Below, piece after piece: positions 47,468-58,760 of a stretch of 64,000 nucleotides of DNA. Location of the stretch: positions 1-64,000 of IMG/VR virus record IMGVR_UViG_3300036770_008700; one strand, 5' to 3'. The translations under genes were made by a program, and so were the position numbers. The notes under the pieces were generated by a model. It saw nothing but the letters and a program-made list of their open reading frames with translations. It did no database searches and was not told the origin of the DNA. The DNA is from a virus. Position 1 is the first letter of the stretch. The number at the start of each line of letters is the position of its first letter.

Positions 47468-47493
47468 AACTATTTGATTTGCTTTCTGCTAAC

Positions 47494-47832
47494 TTAAATA
47501 CTCTCAATGATATTTTCTAGTTTGTTTTCTTTCAATAACGCATGAAGCCTTGGAGCTAATATCGTTGCAACAAGTTCAGAAAGATTTGCACCCTCCTTCA
47601 TCTGCCTAGACACTTCCTCAATCCCAGAGTTATCAAGCATTGTGTGAAGAATCTCATGCATCAATGTTTCTTCTCTTACATCCTTTGCCATCGATCCATT
47701 TACAACAATCTTGCTTTGATAATAGTCTGTGAAACCACAAACTTCTGAGGCATCTCTGCCTGTCATAGCTTCAATCTGTTCTTCAGACCATTGCTGAATG
47801 GAATAACAACGTGTTCCAACTTTCAAGTTCAT
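47494..47832 (-). CDS. small HExxH metallopeptidase-like protein
   Basis: ETLMHEILH...E. Confidence 0.7.
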   Translation of the reverse strand: MNLKVGTRCYSIQQWSEEQIEAMTGRDASEVCGFTDYYQSKIVVNGSMAKDVREETLMHEILHTMLDNSGIEEVSRQMKEGANLSELVATILAPRLHALLKENKLENIIESI

Positions 47833-48743
47833 TGTTTCCTCTTTTTATTCCCATATGTTTCTGTTTTCTTGTGACATTCAATACACAAAGTTCTACCATT
47901 GTTTATATCCCATAACTCTTTACAGGCTTCAGCTTGTTCTGTTGTGGCTATATTGTTTTCGTTCATGATATCAGAAAATCTTTTAATATGATCTGCGTTT
48001 ATATCTCTTGATGCATCTCCGCATTGAACGCAAATAAAGTTATCTCTTTTAAACACAGCCAATCGCCACTCTTTGTATGCTTGCAACTGTCTTACGATTG
48101 CATGTATTACAGAAACGCCTTGACCGTTTTTCCAGTTGGGATTTCTTGAACCAACATTGCTTCTTATACCTAGTTTAAACTGCTCTTTTTGCGTAAAGGA
48201 TATTTTTCTTCCAAGATCTGCTATTTCTGGATCATCTTTTGCAGTTTTGCCTTTTGTCCACGGCTCATAACCTTGCGGCATCTCTGGGTGCTTGCCGTAA
48301 AAATGATGGTTTTCTCCAGATTTTGCACATGACCTTGAACAAAATCTAGAAGTTTGCCAATGACTAGACCCAACCTTATACTCTTTCCCACAAGCTTCAC
48401 AAGTTTTTGTTGACGGAACTTTTCTACATTCCCATGAACAATAGTTTTCTTTGTTTACAGCAGAAGCTCTACGCTCAAACTCTTTACCACACCGATTACA
48501 GTTGATCTTTATAGAGTTCTTTCTGGATAATCCAGCAACTTTTCCATGACACTTGTGACCGCAATATTCTTGTTTTTTATGCGAAGGAATATATTTCTCT
48601 CCGCAACCAACACAAGACCTTTCAACTTTCCACGTTTCTGCTATCGCAACAAAATAGCACTTTTTGGAGCAATAAACTTTGTCTGGTTTGCGATGTTGAA
48701 AAGGAGTATTACAAGACTTGCAAACGTAATCATATATCTTCAT
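47829..48743 (-). CDS. HNH endonuclease with Zn-ribbon repeats
   Basis: CxxC...YCSxxC repeats; WRLAVFKRDNFICVQCG...ADHIK...NGRTLCIECH. Confidence 0.9.
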   Translation of the reverse strand: MKIYDYVCKSCNTPFQHRKPDKVYCSKKCYFVAIAETWKVERSCVGCGEKYIPSHKKQEYCGHKCHGKVAGLSRKNSIKINCNRCGKEFERRASAVNKENYCSWECRKVPSTKTCEACGKEYKVGSSHWQTSRFCSRSCAKSGENHHFYGKHPEMPQGYEPWTKGKTAKDDPEIADLGRKISFTQKEQFKLGIRSNVGSRNPNWKNGQGVSVIHAIVRQLQAYKEWRLAVFKRDNFICVQCGDASRDINADHIKRFSDIMNENNIATTEQAEACKELWDINNGRTLCIECHKKTETYGNKKRKQ

Positions 48744-48802
48744 TGGCTAATGCCTCTAAAGATATATAGTGAGTATACTTTTATAGTATGGCTAGAAAGT
48801 TT

Positions 48803-50041
48803 TTATTTCTTCGAGGAAATACGGATATTTTTCTTTGCAAAATAATCCAAACGTACCTTTACAGTGTATTCACGTTGATAGTTTTTCAAAATCGGGCGTG
48901 AGGTCTTTGCTACAGCCAATAGGTTGTTGTCAGCATCATACAAACCAATGCTAGTGATGAACGCAAAGCTACGTTGAATGTCTTCTTGACCAGCATCAAT
49001 CACAACAATACGCCCATCGCTGTCTGTATAAGTTGGATTGCTGGAATAGTTGAATCTATCTGCTGAAAACTTACAGAAGTAAACGCTGGAGTTGATGTTT
49101 GTTTGGTTTTGAAATGCCATAACTGTGGCATCTGAACCAGTGAAACGAGTAGAACAAACATAGTCAAGAATGTCATCAACAGAAGCTTGATAAAACAAAC
49201 TTCCTGTGCTTGTATACACAGAGCTTGAAAGAAGAGAACCTTCAAACGGTTGTGTGAGAGTTGTTACGCTTTCAATTGTTCCTGTAATGCTTTGTGTTAC
49301 GTTAAAGACACGAGATGCATCAACAATAACAATACCTTGATCATGCCAAATAAGACCAACTGCATTGGTTGTTGCTGTGTCTACAAGAGTACCAACAGAA
49401 CCTCCAGGGAATGAATAGTTTACATTTGTTGCAGAACCAAGGTCTGTGTAAATCTTTTCAGCCGTGCCAGAAGAAGAAAGATCGCTCACCGTTGCATTTG
49501 ATCCGCTATAAAACATTCTGAGAGCATATGTTTCACGCTTTAGTTGATCTCTGGAGAACAAACGTTTAAATGAGAAGAACAATGCTTCTTTAATTGATGT
49601 TCCAACAACAGATGTGCCATCGAAAGAACCTGAGATAAACGTAAACGCTTGTGTATCATTTCCGAGAAGTTGTTGAGCAAATGTACGATAGATATCAATC
49701 TTTTCACGCATCATCAATGAGTTGCTTGGAAAGTAATATTGATCGTTTACTGCATCATAGGATGTTGTTGTTTGAGTAACGAGAAGTGAACTTGTGTGAA
49801 GACCAACAGTAACATCGAATACGGGGTTAGCTGTTTGTAGTGAATAATCTTGGTCAAACACAGTTTGGAATAGAGAAGAAGTAACACCGGGACCGGTACC
49901 AGAGCCTGTTACCCAAACTTGATATTTTCTTCTTGTAACAGAAGAAGAAACGTCGTTGCCGATAACGTCAATAAGCTGCTCAAGCACATCGCTTTGAGTT
50001 CTTTTATCTGTTTGAGCATTGAAAAATTCAAATGTAGCCAT
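48803..50041 (-). CDS. virion structural protein (baseplate/tail-like)
   Basis: FNYSSNPTY...FITSIGLYDADNNLLAVAKTSRPILK...KVRLDY. Confidence 0.65.
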   Translation of the reverse strand: MATFEFFNAQTDKRTQSDVLEQLIDVIGNDVSSSVTRRKYQVWVTGSGTGPGVTSSLFQTVFDQDYSLQTANPVFDVTVGLHTSSLLVTQTTTSYDAVNDQYYFPSNSLMMREKIDIYRTFAQQLLGNDTQAFTFISGSFDGTSVVGTSIKEALFFSFKRLFSRDQLKRETYALRMFYSGSNATVSDLSSSGTAEKIYTDLGSATNVNYSFPGGSVGTLVDTATTNAVGLIWHDQGIVIVDASRVFNVTQSITGTIESVTTLTQPFEGSLLSSSVYTSTGSLFYQASVDDILDYVCSTRFTGSDATVMAFQNQTNINSSVYFCKFSADRFNYSSNPTYTDSDGRIVVIDAGQEDIQRSFAFITSIGLYDADNNLLAVAKTSRPILKNYQREYTVKVRLDYFAKKNIRISSKK

Positions 50042-50061
50042 CTTGATATTATCCTTTTATT

Positions 50062-50772
50062 TCACTTTGAAATGGAAGCAACGAACTCTTTTACAGCGCC
50101 GCTGCTCATACCTGTTACTCTAACAACAGATCTAATGTTGTTTTTGTTGCTGGGTTGACCGAAAATAAGAAACTGAGCGTTTGTAATAGCTTTTGCTGAG
50201 ATTGCAATGCTAACGGAAGCTCCGCCTTGAGAGCTTGGAGCAGCATTCCTTGTAAGAACATACGTTGCCATGCGGTTGCGATCAATAACAGGTGTACTTC
50301 CAGCAATAAACAAGAATCGATCATCACACATAACCAAGAACTGATTGTCAACAAGTTCTTGTGGAAGAGTTTCACCGCCTGTAAGAGTTTGTTGAATGGT
50401 TACGCTTTGTTGCTGTGGTGATGTTGATGTTGTACTATTAACACCAAGAGTAAGTGTATCCCCAGTTAGTCCAGCAGTTGCAGACAAGGTAAGTAAAGGC
50501 AAGGTATAACGATTTGGATCAGGAAGAGAAACCAATGGATGTACCAAAGCTAGTTTGTTGTTTGTGATAGCTTCGAATACTGGTGTATTCTTTTCAATCT
50601 TTTCTTGACCTACAGTACGTCCGTATCTTACAATCATACCATAATCAACTTCATCGTCTCCAGCAGCAAACTTGATAACATTGAATGTACCTTGTGCCAG
50701 CTTTTGACGACCTAAATCTGTAAGAACGGCGTCTACTATAATGTTGTTTGTATCTTGTTGCAAAAAGCCCAT
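50062..50772 (-). CDS. virion structural protein
   Basis: MGFL...DAVLTDLGRQKLAQG...FAAGDDEVDY; N-terminus paralogous to 58834..59910. Confidence 0.6.
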   Translation of the reverse strand: MGFLQQDTNNIIVDAVLTDLGRQKLAQGTFNVIKFAAGDDEVDYGMIVRYGRTVGQEKIEKNTPVFEAITNNKLALVHPLVSLPDPNRYTLPLLTLSATAGLTGDTLTLGVNSTTSTSPQQQSVTIQQTLTGGETLPQELVDNQFLVMCDDRFLFIAGSTPVIDRNRMATYVLTRNAAPSSQGGASVSIAISAKAITNAQFLIFGQPSNKNNIRSVVRVTGMSSGAVKEFVASISK

Positions 50773-50807
50773 TGTTTAGTTCCTTTTCGTATACTACTAG
50801 TTATGGT

Positions 50808-52619
50808 TCAAGCTGGATTTCTATCATCCATAATGGTTATATCTACAAACTGATCGGTTTGTAGATCTGTGTTAATCAATTGAATCCTGTATTTGTTTTC
50901 TGGTCCAAAGTTCACAATCTTTACATTGTCTCCATTACGCTGTGTTAACTCGTAGTATTCTGGATTAAACACAACAGTCATTTGGGAATAACCTTCGTTT
51001 TTTATTGTGTCAACAAAAGCATCTTTGTTCAAATATAGGTTTGGATAAGGCTTTGGTGCATTTGGTGCCGATGCATCAATACGTTCAATCGTGTTTCGTT
51101 GCTTGTTAAAGTTTATACCGATTTGATTGCTGTAGTTGCTGGTTATGCCATGAGCATCAACACATGCAACAGCGTAAATGTAATAACTTTCTCTGTCAAA
51201 ATCATCATCAATATAACAGGTTGGAGAAAAAACGTCTAGGTTAGTGATTGTTGTTTGGTTAATTACAACATTGTTATCGATGTTTCCTTCACCTTGTATA
51301 AACTGAAACAAACCAGTTGTGCCGGGAGGAGGAGCTACGAAAAACGTTTCAAAACCATTTTGCAAGTCATTAAAATCGTACATTCTAACAAGTTCAAAAG
51401 GACGTTGTGCTGGTCTTACGTCTCCAATATTCTTTCTTCTAAACACTTGAAAATACTTAATGTGTCTTCTTGTATCAATAGGAAAGTTCCAAGTAAGAAC
51501 AGGCTTCTTTAATCCATAATCCCAACGAATAAAAAAATCTGTTGGAGGTTCTGGAGGTGTTAAGTCTTCACACATCACCATTGTTCTTGTTGACTTGCTG
51601 CCAACCAAAAACGTTGAGATAACATTTACACGATTTTCAGGGTCAAATGTTAGTGTTTGGAGCGCAGTAATCACTCTGATAAAGTAAACATAACGTTGGT
51701 TGTAAAGTACCTGTGTGTCAAAGAACTCGGTTGTGTTTGGATCTTCAACGTAAAACGTTGTTTTCTCTACCAGCTCACCTCTTGCAAGTTGACGGTATCT
51801 ATCAATCACATACCCAGTTGTTTGAAACACTAAACCAAAGTCAACTTGTAAATCACTAATTGTTACAGATATCGGATTATCCAGCGATATATCGTATTGC
51901 GAGCCATTAAATCTATTTGCGTACTCTTTAACTGTATTTTGTGTAGAAAACAGTTTTGAAACACCATCTACCATTGACGGTGTGATTGCTAACAATGAAT
52001 CGTTTGTAAGCTTTTCATGAAACAAAGTACCAAACGCTTTATTTGCTACAGGAACAACAGTTGCTATGTTTTCTAGTGAGTTTGCTGGGTCAACTTCTGT
52101 TGTATCAGTGTTTGTTGTGTATGCATAGTTCAAATATTTGTTAAGGTATTCTTGAGTTACTCCTTCTGGAGTTATTTCATGCAAGGCTCTAACAGCGTCT
52201 GTAAGCCCAGCATTAACACGATTATAGTTTATTTGTCCGTACAACCGACTTAAATACTTTTGACGTTCGGTAACAAAACTGTTTTCTTGTTGTTTGAATG
52301 TGTCAAAGTAAGCAAGAGATAAATCGTCTTCGTCTAATATCTTGTTTGCATTAGCTTCAATTGAAATATCAATAAACTCTTGCTTTACAACTGTGTTTGA
52401 TCCAACGTTTACTTTATTCCATGAAAGCCGCACGTATCTTGGTACATTTCTGGAGAAGTCAACTGTGTTTGGCCGAGCGTTAGTTGCAATAGAAGGATTT
52501 ATTAGCTCGTCTGGACGATAAAAGTTGTAGTTGAACGTTGCATCAAACGTTTGAATCTCTGGAATGTCTGCGATTGTGATTGGCAGAGAAGGTAAGGATT
52601 CTCCTATTGTTACAGCCAT
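50808..52619 (-). CDS. virion structural protein with FN3/Ig-like segments
   Basis: PPEPP...LTW...FQVFR...YIYAVACVDAHG..SNYS. Confidence 0.6.
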   Translation of the reverse strand: MAVTIGESLPSLPITIADIPEIQTFDATFNYNFYRPDELINPSIATNARPNTVDFSRNVPRYVRLSWNKVNVGSNTVVKQEFIDISIEANANKILDEDDLSLAYFDTFKQQENSFVTERQKYLSRLYGQINYNRVNAGLTDAVRALHEITPEGVTQEYLNKYLNYAYTTNTDTTEVDPANSLENIATVVPVANKAFGTLFHEKLTNDSLLAITPSMVDGVSKLFSTQNTVKEYANRFNGSQYDISLDNPISVTISDLQVDFGLVFQTTGYVIDRYRQLARGELVEKTTFYVEDPNTTEFFDTQVLYNQRYVYFIRVITALQTLTFDPENRVNVISTFLVGSKSTRTMVMCEDLTPPEPPTDFFIRWDYGLKKPVLTWNFPIDTRRHIKYFQVFRRKNIGDVRPAQRPFELVRMYDFNDLQNGFETFFVAPPPGTTGLFQFIQGEGNIDNNVVINQTTITNLDVFSPTCYIDDDFDRESYYIYAVACVDAHGITSNYSNQIGINFNKQRNTIERIDASAPNAPKPYPNLYLNKDAFVDTIKNEGYSQMTVVFNPEYYELTQRNGDNVKIVNFGPENKYRIQLINTDLQTDQFVDITIMDDRNPA

Positions 52620-55600
52620 TATCTTACAAGCTCCACGTTGATAAAGTACGAATCAAGTAAAAGACCTTCAGACTTCTTATAAGTCTCGCCGTTATTAGTG
52701 TATGTTTGACCTGTATTAACTAGCTTCTGTAATAAAGCATCACCTTCAAACGTTTGACTCATTGCATTAGTATCAATAGGAAACCTATCAATATCGTACA
52801 AGATGTTGAAAACACGGTCGTAATCCTTTTGACGAAATACAGTTTTTGGAATGTCGTTGCAAAGAGTTAGCATTAGCTTTAAATCATCTTGACTTGCTTG
52901 AAACGCTGATAGAAGTTCACGATATTCTGGTGTCATAAACTTAACCTTGGTCAAGTCTGCGGTGCCAAGTTGTATCTTTTGCATTTCAGTTACAAACTGA
53001 GTTGTTTCCGCTTCTGTGTAGGATATAAACGTTTCTTCACTAGTATTCAATCCAGTAGTAACATGAACATACATGTCTAGAATAAAGCTACGATACAAGT
53101 TCTCTGCTACTTCTGCTCCCAGCTTTCTTCTATCAATTGATGCGTTGTAATATCCATCAGAACCAACAAACTGCGTTGTTGTTTTTGCAGTAACTTCATC
53201 AAATGGTTGGTCTTCGTCAAAATCATAAAACTGAAACAAATCTCTTAGTGAATAATAGTTCTCTCTTGATAGCTGTTCTACCGGATATGCATCAAACCCT
53301 CTGGCAAATAAGGATAAATCAAATTTGAACTGTTGTGGTTTATAAATTATTCCATCGTTGTTCTTGTCAAGTTTGTAAACCTTTATGTTAATCAAGTCGC
53401 TGGTGCTTTCCTCCAGCTTACCATTGTTTACTTCACTCTTGTTTAGTCGGGCTCCAAGTGCTGATTTTACAAACCCATATGGTATTCCAACAGTAACAAT
53501 CTTTTTCTTGCTACTACCAACAAAATCGTTTTGTTTCATAGCAGCCTTAACAGCTGCCCAGTTTCTATCGCTCACAGCTTTACCCGCTGGCAAATAGAAA
53601 TCCAAAGCTCTAGAGTTGTTTGGATTATATACAGCTCTTTTATTCACTATGTTTGCAAGAATACCTTTTGCAGTTCTCGTTGTACTCAATGAGTTAGGAT
53701 TATTAGTGTTAACTTCCTTTATTACTAACAACTCTTGATTTGTTGGAGATACCACATTAGTAAAGCGATTGTTTAACTGCTCAAAAAACATCAATATGTT
53801 TTCAATGATACGATCTTCCTGTGATAGCTTGGTTCCATAGTCAGTGAGAATCTCGCTATACTGTGGAGCACCACGCACAAAGTTTCTTATATCAGCAGAT
53901 ACTTGCGACAATGCATTTCCAACAAAGTTAAGCTGAATATATTGTGTTGTTGGCAGTTTTGTGTTTTGATTGCTTTCTACTAAGTTATACGTTATGTTCT
54001 TGGTTGCAAACTGATCAACTAAGTTAGAAAACATCTCAAACATAAGCAGAACAAAGCCTGATAGGGTTAAACCGTTGTATCGTGTAACACTTGTCCCAGG
54101 AAATAAATGATATGCTATTTCGTTTGTGCTAGCTGCTGCAAACATTTCCTTGCACATATCCAAAACGTTCTTGAACAAGTTGTCGGTTGTTCTTAATGCG
54201 TAAATCAAATTAGAAAACTGTTGGATCTGAACTTGTGCAATGTTGTTTTCTGGATTCCTGTTATTTGAAGGAGGTGCAGGTACTCCTTTTCCAAGTTGTT
54301 GCTTTTGTTGGTTTTGCTGTTTTATTATTGATTGATTTTTTGACAGCCCAGTTCCTGTTTTGTTGACAGAAGTAGAAGGAGGAAGCGGAGCTACGTTCTT
54401 AAGAACCAACTGCCTTACAACAGCTATCTGATTGTCTAAAAGGTTGGGAATATTGTTTTCGTTAAGATTCTCAGAAAATCCTTGAATGTTTTGTTGTGAC
54501 AGTTCACTTAGCAACAAGTCTCTGAATTTATCAGTTTGTGCAACATCTTGAGTAACAGTTTTGCGTGTGTCATACAAAGCAACAAGAAGTAAAAGTTTAT
54601 AAACTTCAAATTTGATTTTTGGACTTGAGTTGCCCAAAGAAAACAACACAAAGCTTAACAGGTTTGTCGAATCGTTGTTGTTACCACGAACAAGGTCTTG
54701 TGAAGATACGTAATACTGCAACATTGAACTCAACATACGGCTTGATAACAAACCATTTGATGTACTATCAAAAGAATCTTGTTGCAGTAAAAGCTTATTG
54801 AAAACGTTTCGTGCTTTTGTAATACGTTCAGAAAACGTTTCACGGTAACTATTGTATGTAGTAAAGTCTCCGTTCAAGATGCCGTCAGAAAAGTAGTTTG
54901 TTCCTGGGACAAATACAGTTTCACCATCGCCAGCAACTTGACGACTCTCAAAAGGCAATACAACAGCATTTTGTGTGCTTGTTTTCAGATAAAACAATGT
55001 AGACAAACTGTTGCTACCAAGAGGAGCAACAAATATGTCTGATGGAGGACTGCCAATCAGATTATCAAAAGGATTGCCTTGGTTACCAAAACCAAAAAAG
55101 CTCGCTTCTGGGATTTTATACTTACCTAAACCTTTTGATACTCTAAACTCCTTAGATAACAGGTTAACTAAGAACTTAAACCTGTCGGTGCTAGTAGCTG
55201 GCAAAACGTTTAAAACGCCGTTAAACGTTACGTAATCAACAATGTACTTACCACGAATAGCATTCGAGGTATATAAAAGGTTATCGCCGTATGTCAAGTC
55301 AAGAGTTATAGAGTCTTGTACTCTTTGCTGACGAGAAGAAACTGGATTGCTAACATATGCAGAACGATCTGCGTCAGTGAAGTTAGACAAAAGATTAAAT
55401 GAACACTTCTCCAGTATACCACTCAAATCAAACAATAATTGATAAAGTATTTTTGTATCAGAAAACCCATTATAGGATTGCTCTGAAAATAACATTCGTT
55501 GACTAACAAAGTTTCTTAAACCAAGATAAGGTGTTTTGAATGCATATGCTGCATCCATGTTGTTTTTCAAATCCAAAACATTGTTGATTTCCTTGATTTT

Positions 55601-56368
55601 TCTTATTAGTCCATCCAGGGTTCTTATGGTTCCTCTAGAACGTTCTACATCTTGATTTACTCTTGTTGATATTGAGTTTAAAACCGAGCTAAACTGCGTA
55701 TCAACCGTTGCACGATTAAGAATCAAATACTTTCGCAAAGTGTCTCGTATCAAGCTTGATTGATACAAGTCGTCAAAATAGTTACCAAATCTTGTTTTAA
55801 CGGTGTATTGATATAGATCGTAGATAGGTTTAAAATCGGTTAGTGTAATAATCTCACCACGTAATCTTGATATATCCAAAACAGGCTGACCATTAACAAA
55901 AGTATGGGTATCCAACGACAATGTTTCTTCTACCATGTCGCTTTGAGTTAACAATTTAACAGGGTTTGGCTTTGGTTTGAATATTACAGGCGGTGCAATA
56001 AATGGCTCTGCCCTCCCAGTGAGTGCAATGATAGGTACAAGCACAGTATTTTGCCTGGCATCCATTACCATAGAAACACCAAAACTTCTTGGTGTAGGAG
56101 TTACTCTTGTTGTATTAATCGTTAATACTGGCAAAGGAATGTTTGCGCTTGAGACACTATCGGAAATCGGAGATGGTCCAACTGGAACTGTTACCACAGG
56201 AGATGATAATGGGGAAGGAACTGTGGTTGATGAAAATGGTGTTATAGAACCAGCGACTTGAGGAGTGTTTGTTGTGGTTGTAGTTGCTGTAGGAACCAAT
56301 GTAGGAGTGTAAGCAGGTTGTATAGCTATATTTGTTCTTGTTTGGTTACCATTTCTTGTTGCACCCAT
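52619..56368 (-). CDS. large putative virion protein with Pro/Thr-rich N-terminus
   Basis: 1249-aa ORF in the structural operon. Confidence 0.6.
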   Translation of the reverse strand: MGATRNGNQTRTNIAIQPAYTPTLVPTATTTTTNTPQVAGSITPFSSTTVPSPLSSPVVTVPVGPSPISDSVSSANIPLPVLTINTTRVTPTPRSFGVSMVMDARQNTVLVPIIALTGRAEPFIAPPVIFKPKPNPVKLLTQSDMVEETLSLDTHTFVNGQPVLDISRLRGEIITLTDFKPIYDLYQYTVKTRFGNYFDDLYQSSLIRDTLRKYLILNRATVDTQFSSVLNSISTRVNQDVERSRGTIRTLDGLIRKIKEINNVLDLKNNMDAAYAFKTPYLGLRNFVSQRMLFSEQSYNGFSDTKILYQLLFDLSGILEKCSFNLLSNFTDADRSAYVSNPVSSRQQRVQDSITLDLTYGDNLLYTSNAIRGKYIVDYVTFNGVLNVLPATSTDRFKFLVNLLSKEFRVSKGLGKYKIPEASFFGFGNQGNPFDNLIGSPPSDIFVAPLGSNSLSTLFYLKTSTQNAVVLPFESRQVAGDGETVFVPGTNYFSDGILNGDFTTYNSYRETFSERITKARNVFNKLLLQQDSFDSTSNGLLSSRMLSSMLQYYVSSQDLVRGNNNDSTNLLSFVLFSLGNSSPKIKFEVYKLLLLVALYDTRKTVTQDVAQTDKFRDLLLSELSQQNIQGFSENLNENNIPNLLDNQIAVVRQLVLKNVAPLPPSTSVNKTGTGLSKNQSIIKQQNQQKQQLGKGVPAPPSNNRNPENNIAQVQIQQFSNLIYALRTTDNLFKNVLDMCKEMFAAASTNEIAYHLFPGTSVTRYNGLTLSGFVLLMFEMFSNLVDQFATKNITYNLVESNQNTKLPTTQYIQLNFVGNALSQVSADIRNFVRGAPQYSEILTDYGTKLSQEDRIIENILMFFEQLNNRFTNVVSPTNQELLVIKEVNTNNPNSLSTTRTAKGILANIVNKRAVYNPNNSRALDFYLPAGKAVSDRNWAAVKAAMKQNDFVGSSKKKIVTVGIPYGFVKSALGARLNKSEVNNGKLEESTSDLINIKVYKLDKNNDGIIYKPQQFKFDLSLFARGFDAYPVEQLSRENYYSLRDLFQFYDFDEDQPFDEVTAKTTTQFVGSDGYYNASIDRRKLGAEVAENLYRSFILDMYVHVTTGLNTSEETFISYTEAETTQFVTEMQKIQLGTADLTKVKFMTPEYRELLSAFQASQDDLKLMLTLCNDIPKTVFRQKDYDRVFNILYDIDRFPIDTNAMSQTFEGDALLQKLVNTGQTYTNNGETYKKSEGLLLDSYFINVELVR

Positions 56369-56369
56369 G

Positions 56370-58760
56370 TTATATCACCACTTCATTGCTAGTATAATCT
56401 GGACTAAGGTTTAAGTTGAAATATTGCATCGTTATGATGTACCTAAATACCCCAGAATCTGTATACCTCACAGCATCAGTAAACAAATAGTTGTTCAGCA
56501 CGTTAATCCCATGAGCTTTTCCAATCAAGTCCAACTTGCCTGTTGCTACGTTCTGTCTGCGAATAATAAAATGGCTTATGTGAGATTGATCACCGTTAAC
56601 ACTCCACGTTAAATCAACTTGCTTGCTGTTAAAAGCACTTGCTTTTAAGTTGTTGATGCTGGGAGATGGTGGCTTAAGGTCCAAAGAAATATAGCTGATA
56701 TCTGTAATGTCTGCAAACTCTAGTTGATCAAAACCATATTGTAGAACAAACTCATCTCCACTTTTCTTTGGGTTGGTTCCTGTAAGCAAACCATATGGAT
56801 TGTTGACGTTGTAAGGTGTGTAAGTATAAGAAGGTGGACTTAGCTTGCCGTTTGTTCTTGGTGTGGAAGAACCAGTTAGAACAACTGCTTGCAAAAGAGT
56901 TGCAGGGTTTCTAACAAACGTTGTTAATTCGTAAACATATTGTGAACCACGATTCAAAGGACCATATTTCGTTGTGCTTTGCACGTAGTTTCCATCGATA
57001 TAAGCCATAAATAACTTATCGTTTGTTTCCAAGTCACGAAGTTCTACCTTGGTCACCAATAACTCCTTGAGACGTTCACGCTTGATATCGTCACCAAAGT
57101 ACTGAATCAATCCTTGATTGACAAGAAACTGTTTAACGTTGTCCTCTAGCTTGTTCGTAATAGCATAGTTGATATTAAAACTTACATCGTAATATTGCGT
57201 GCTGCTTCCTGGCAACTGGATTGGTGTAATGTTTGGTGAGGTTGCTGTTACTGTTGCATAATCTTGTGTTTGAGGAAGATAAGCAAACTCAATAACCCCA
57301 GAAGATTCAAAACGTTGACCTCTTATGTCAACCAAAGCACAACGATACCGATATGATTTGTATCGATCCAATCCTGTATCAAGATATGCATAACTTGCAT
57401 TGCTGCCTTGGCCTCCAATAAAAAACGTTGAAAGCATAGTTTCAATGTTGTTAGTTAGGTTAGTACGATAAAGCTCTAAAAATGCTATATCGTCTGGAAT
57501 TTGACTTATTGAAAGTCTTAGACCTTCTCGATTGTATTCGGGACTCAAACTAACAAACACGTTATCTTTTGTTGATGTTACTTCGCTCGCTTCTACTTCA
57601 ACTATTTGACTTGTGAAGTCACTGCTTGTATCAGAGTTTGCGTTGTAAGACAATGCACGAAACAATAAAAGACCAACGCTAGAGTTTTGAATGTTGAATA
57701 TTCTTGTTTCTCCAGCTGGGAGATCAAAACTACCGATTACTTCTTGTGTGACTTCGTTTGTTTTTACACTTGGATTGTAAACAGTTTTGTATATCTTTAC
57801 ACCAGTGCCGTTTACATCTCTTTGCTTAACTGTTACCAATAGTTGTCCACCAGCAAGTTTCACAACATTAAAATCTGGTGGTATTGTAGCTCTTTGCAAA
57901 CGTGACAAATTTGTTTTATGTTTAACAAGCTTTACAAACTCTTGCACCAAATTGTTTTTTGTGTCATAAATTGAAAACATCAAGTAAAAGTCTTGTGTCC
58001 CTACTGATTCAGCTGGGAATAAGAACTCTGGATGAATATTGATAACATCACGTTCAACAACGCTATATGATTGCAATCTAGGTTCAGAATTGTTATCAAT
58101 ATTGTTTGTTGTCATTAAGCTTTCAGCAATTAATGATTCAATTTTGTTTTGGTTGCTATTGTAGAACTTTCCTACCAAACCGTTATTTGATTCGTAAGAA
58201 GTATTGACGGAATATATTAGTTTGATTGAGTCTGCTGGGTCTGTTTTGTATTGATTCAGCAACTCTTTACTTAGCTGCACAACTGTTCTATCTTCGTTTA
58301 AAGGTTGTTGTGCTATGCTGTTTGGGGCTGCATATACTTCGTTTCTTACTGCGTCTTTGGGGTTGTTTGTTACAACGGTATAACCAACACCATGATTGAA
58401 CTTATCAATTAAGTCTTTGAGTGTGTAAGTTTGAGAAGCAAGGGTATTGTTTCTGGTAGTTGTTATGCTTGTGGTTATGTTGAATGCACGTTTTTGAATG
58501 TTTTTAACCAACTGTGTAGAGTTTTGGTTTAAAACGTTAAGCACTTGCATATCTTGATTGAACACGGACAAGGGAACAGCGTTCTTTGGATTTTCTTTGT
58601 ATGCACGAAGTATTAGTTGTGTTGCTACAGAGTTGAGTGCAGCTGTTTTGCTTATTTGCAAGTTAAAACGATACAAATAATTTTCTGACGTTGCGTATTC
58701 TAGAGACGCAAAATCATCTGAGGTAGCTATAACTTGAACGGTATTTATTTTTACTTGCAC
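56370..58760 (-). CDS. virion structural protein with FN3-like domains
   Basis: VDLTWSV...FIIRR...FTD...YII; GTG start with TATATA motif upstream. Confidence 0.6.
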   Translation of the reverse strand: MQVKINTVQVIATSDDFASLEYATSENYLYRFNLQISKTAALNSVATQLILRAYKENPKNAVPLSVFNQDMQVLNVLNQNSTQLVKNIQKRAFNITTSITTTRNNTLASQTYTLKDLIDKFNHGVGYTVVTNNPKDAVRNEVYAAPNSIAQQPLNEDRTVVQLSKELLNQYKTDPADSIKLIYSVNTSYESNNGLVGKFYNSNQNKIESLIAESLMTTNNIDNNSEPRLQSYSVVERDVINIHPEFLFPAESVGTQDFYLMFSIYDTKNNLVQEFVKLVKHKTNLSRLQRATIPPDFNVVKLAGGQLLVTVKQRDVNGTGVKIYKTVYNPSVKTNEVTQEVIGSFDLPAGETRIFNIQNSSVGLLLFRALSYNANSDTSSDFTSQIVEVEASEVTSTKDNVFVSLSPEYNREGLRLSISQIPDDIAFLELYRTNLTNNIETMLSTFFIGGQGSNASYAYLDTGLDRYKSYRYRCALVDIRGQRFESSGVIEFAYLPQTQDYATVTATSPNITPIQLPGSSTQYYDVSFNINYAITNKLEDNVKQFLVNQGLIQYFGDDIKRERLKELLVTKVELRDLETNDKLFMAYIDGNYVQSTTKYGPLNRGSQYVYELTTFVRNPATLLQAVVLTGSSTPRTNGKLSPPSYTYTPYNVNNPYGLLTGTNPKKSGDEFVLQYGFDQLEFADITDISYISLDLKPPSPSINNLKASAFNSKQVDLTWSVNGDQSHISHFIIRRQNVATGKLDLIGKAHGINVLNNYLFTDAVRYTDSGVFRYIITMQYFNLNLSPDYTSNEVVI

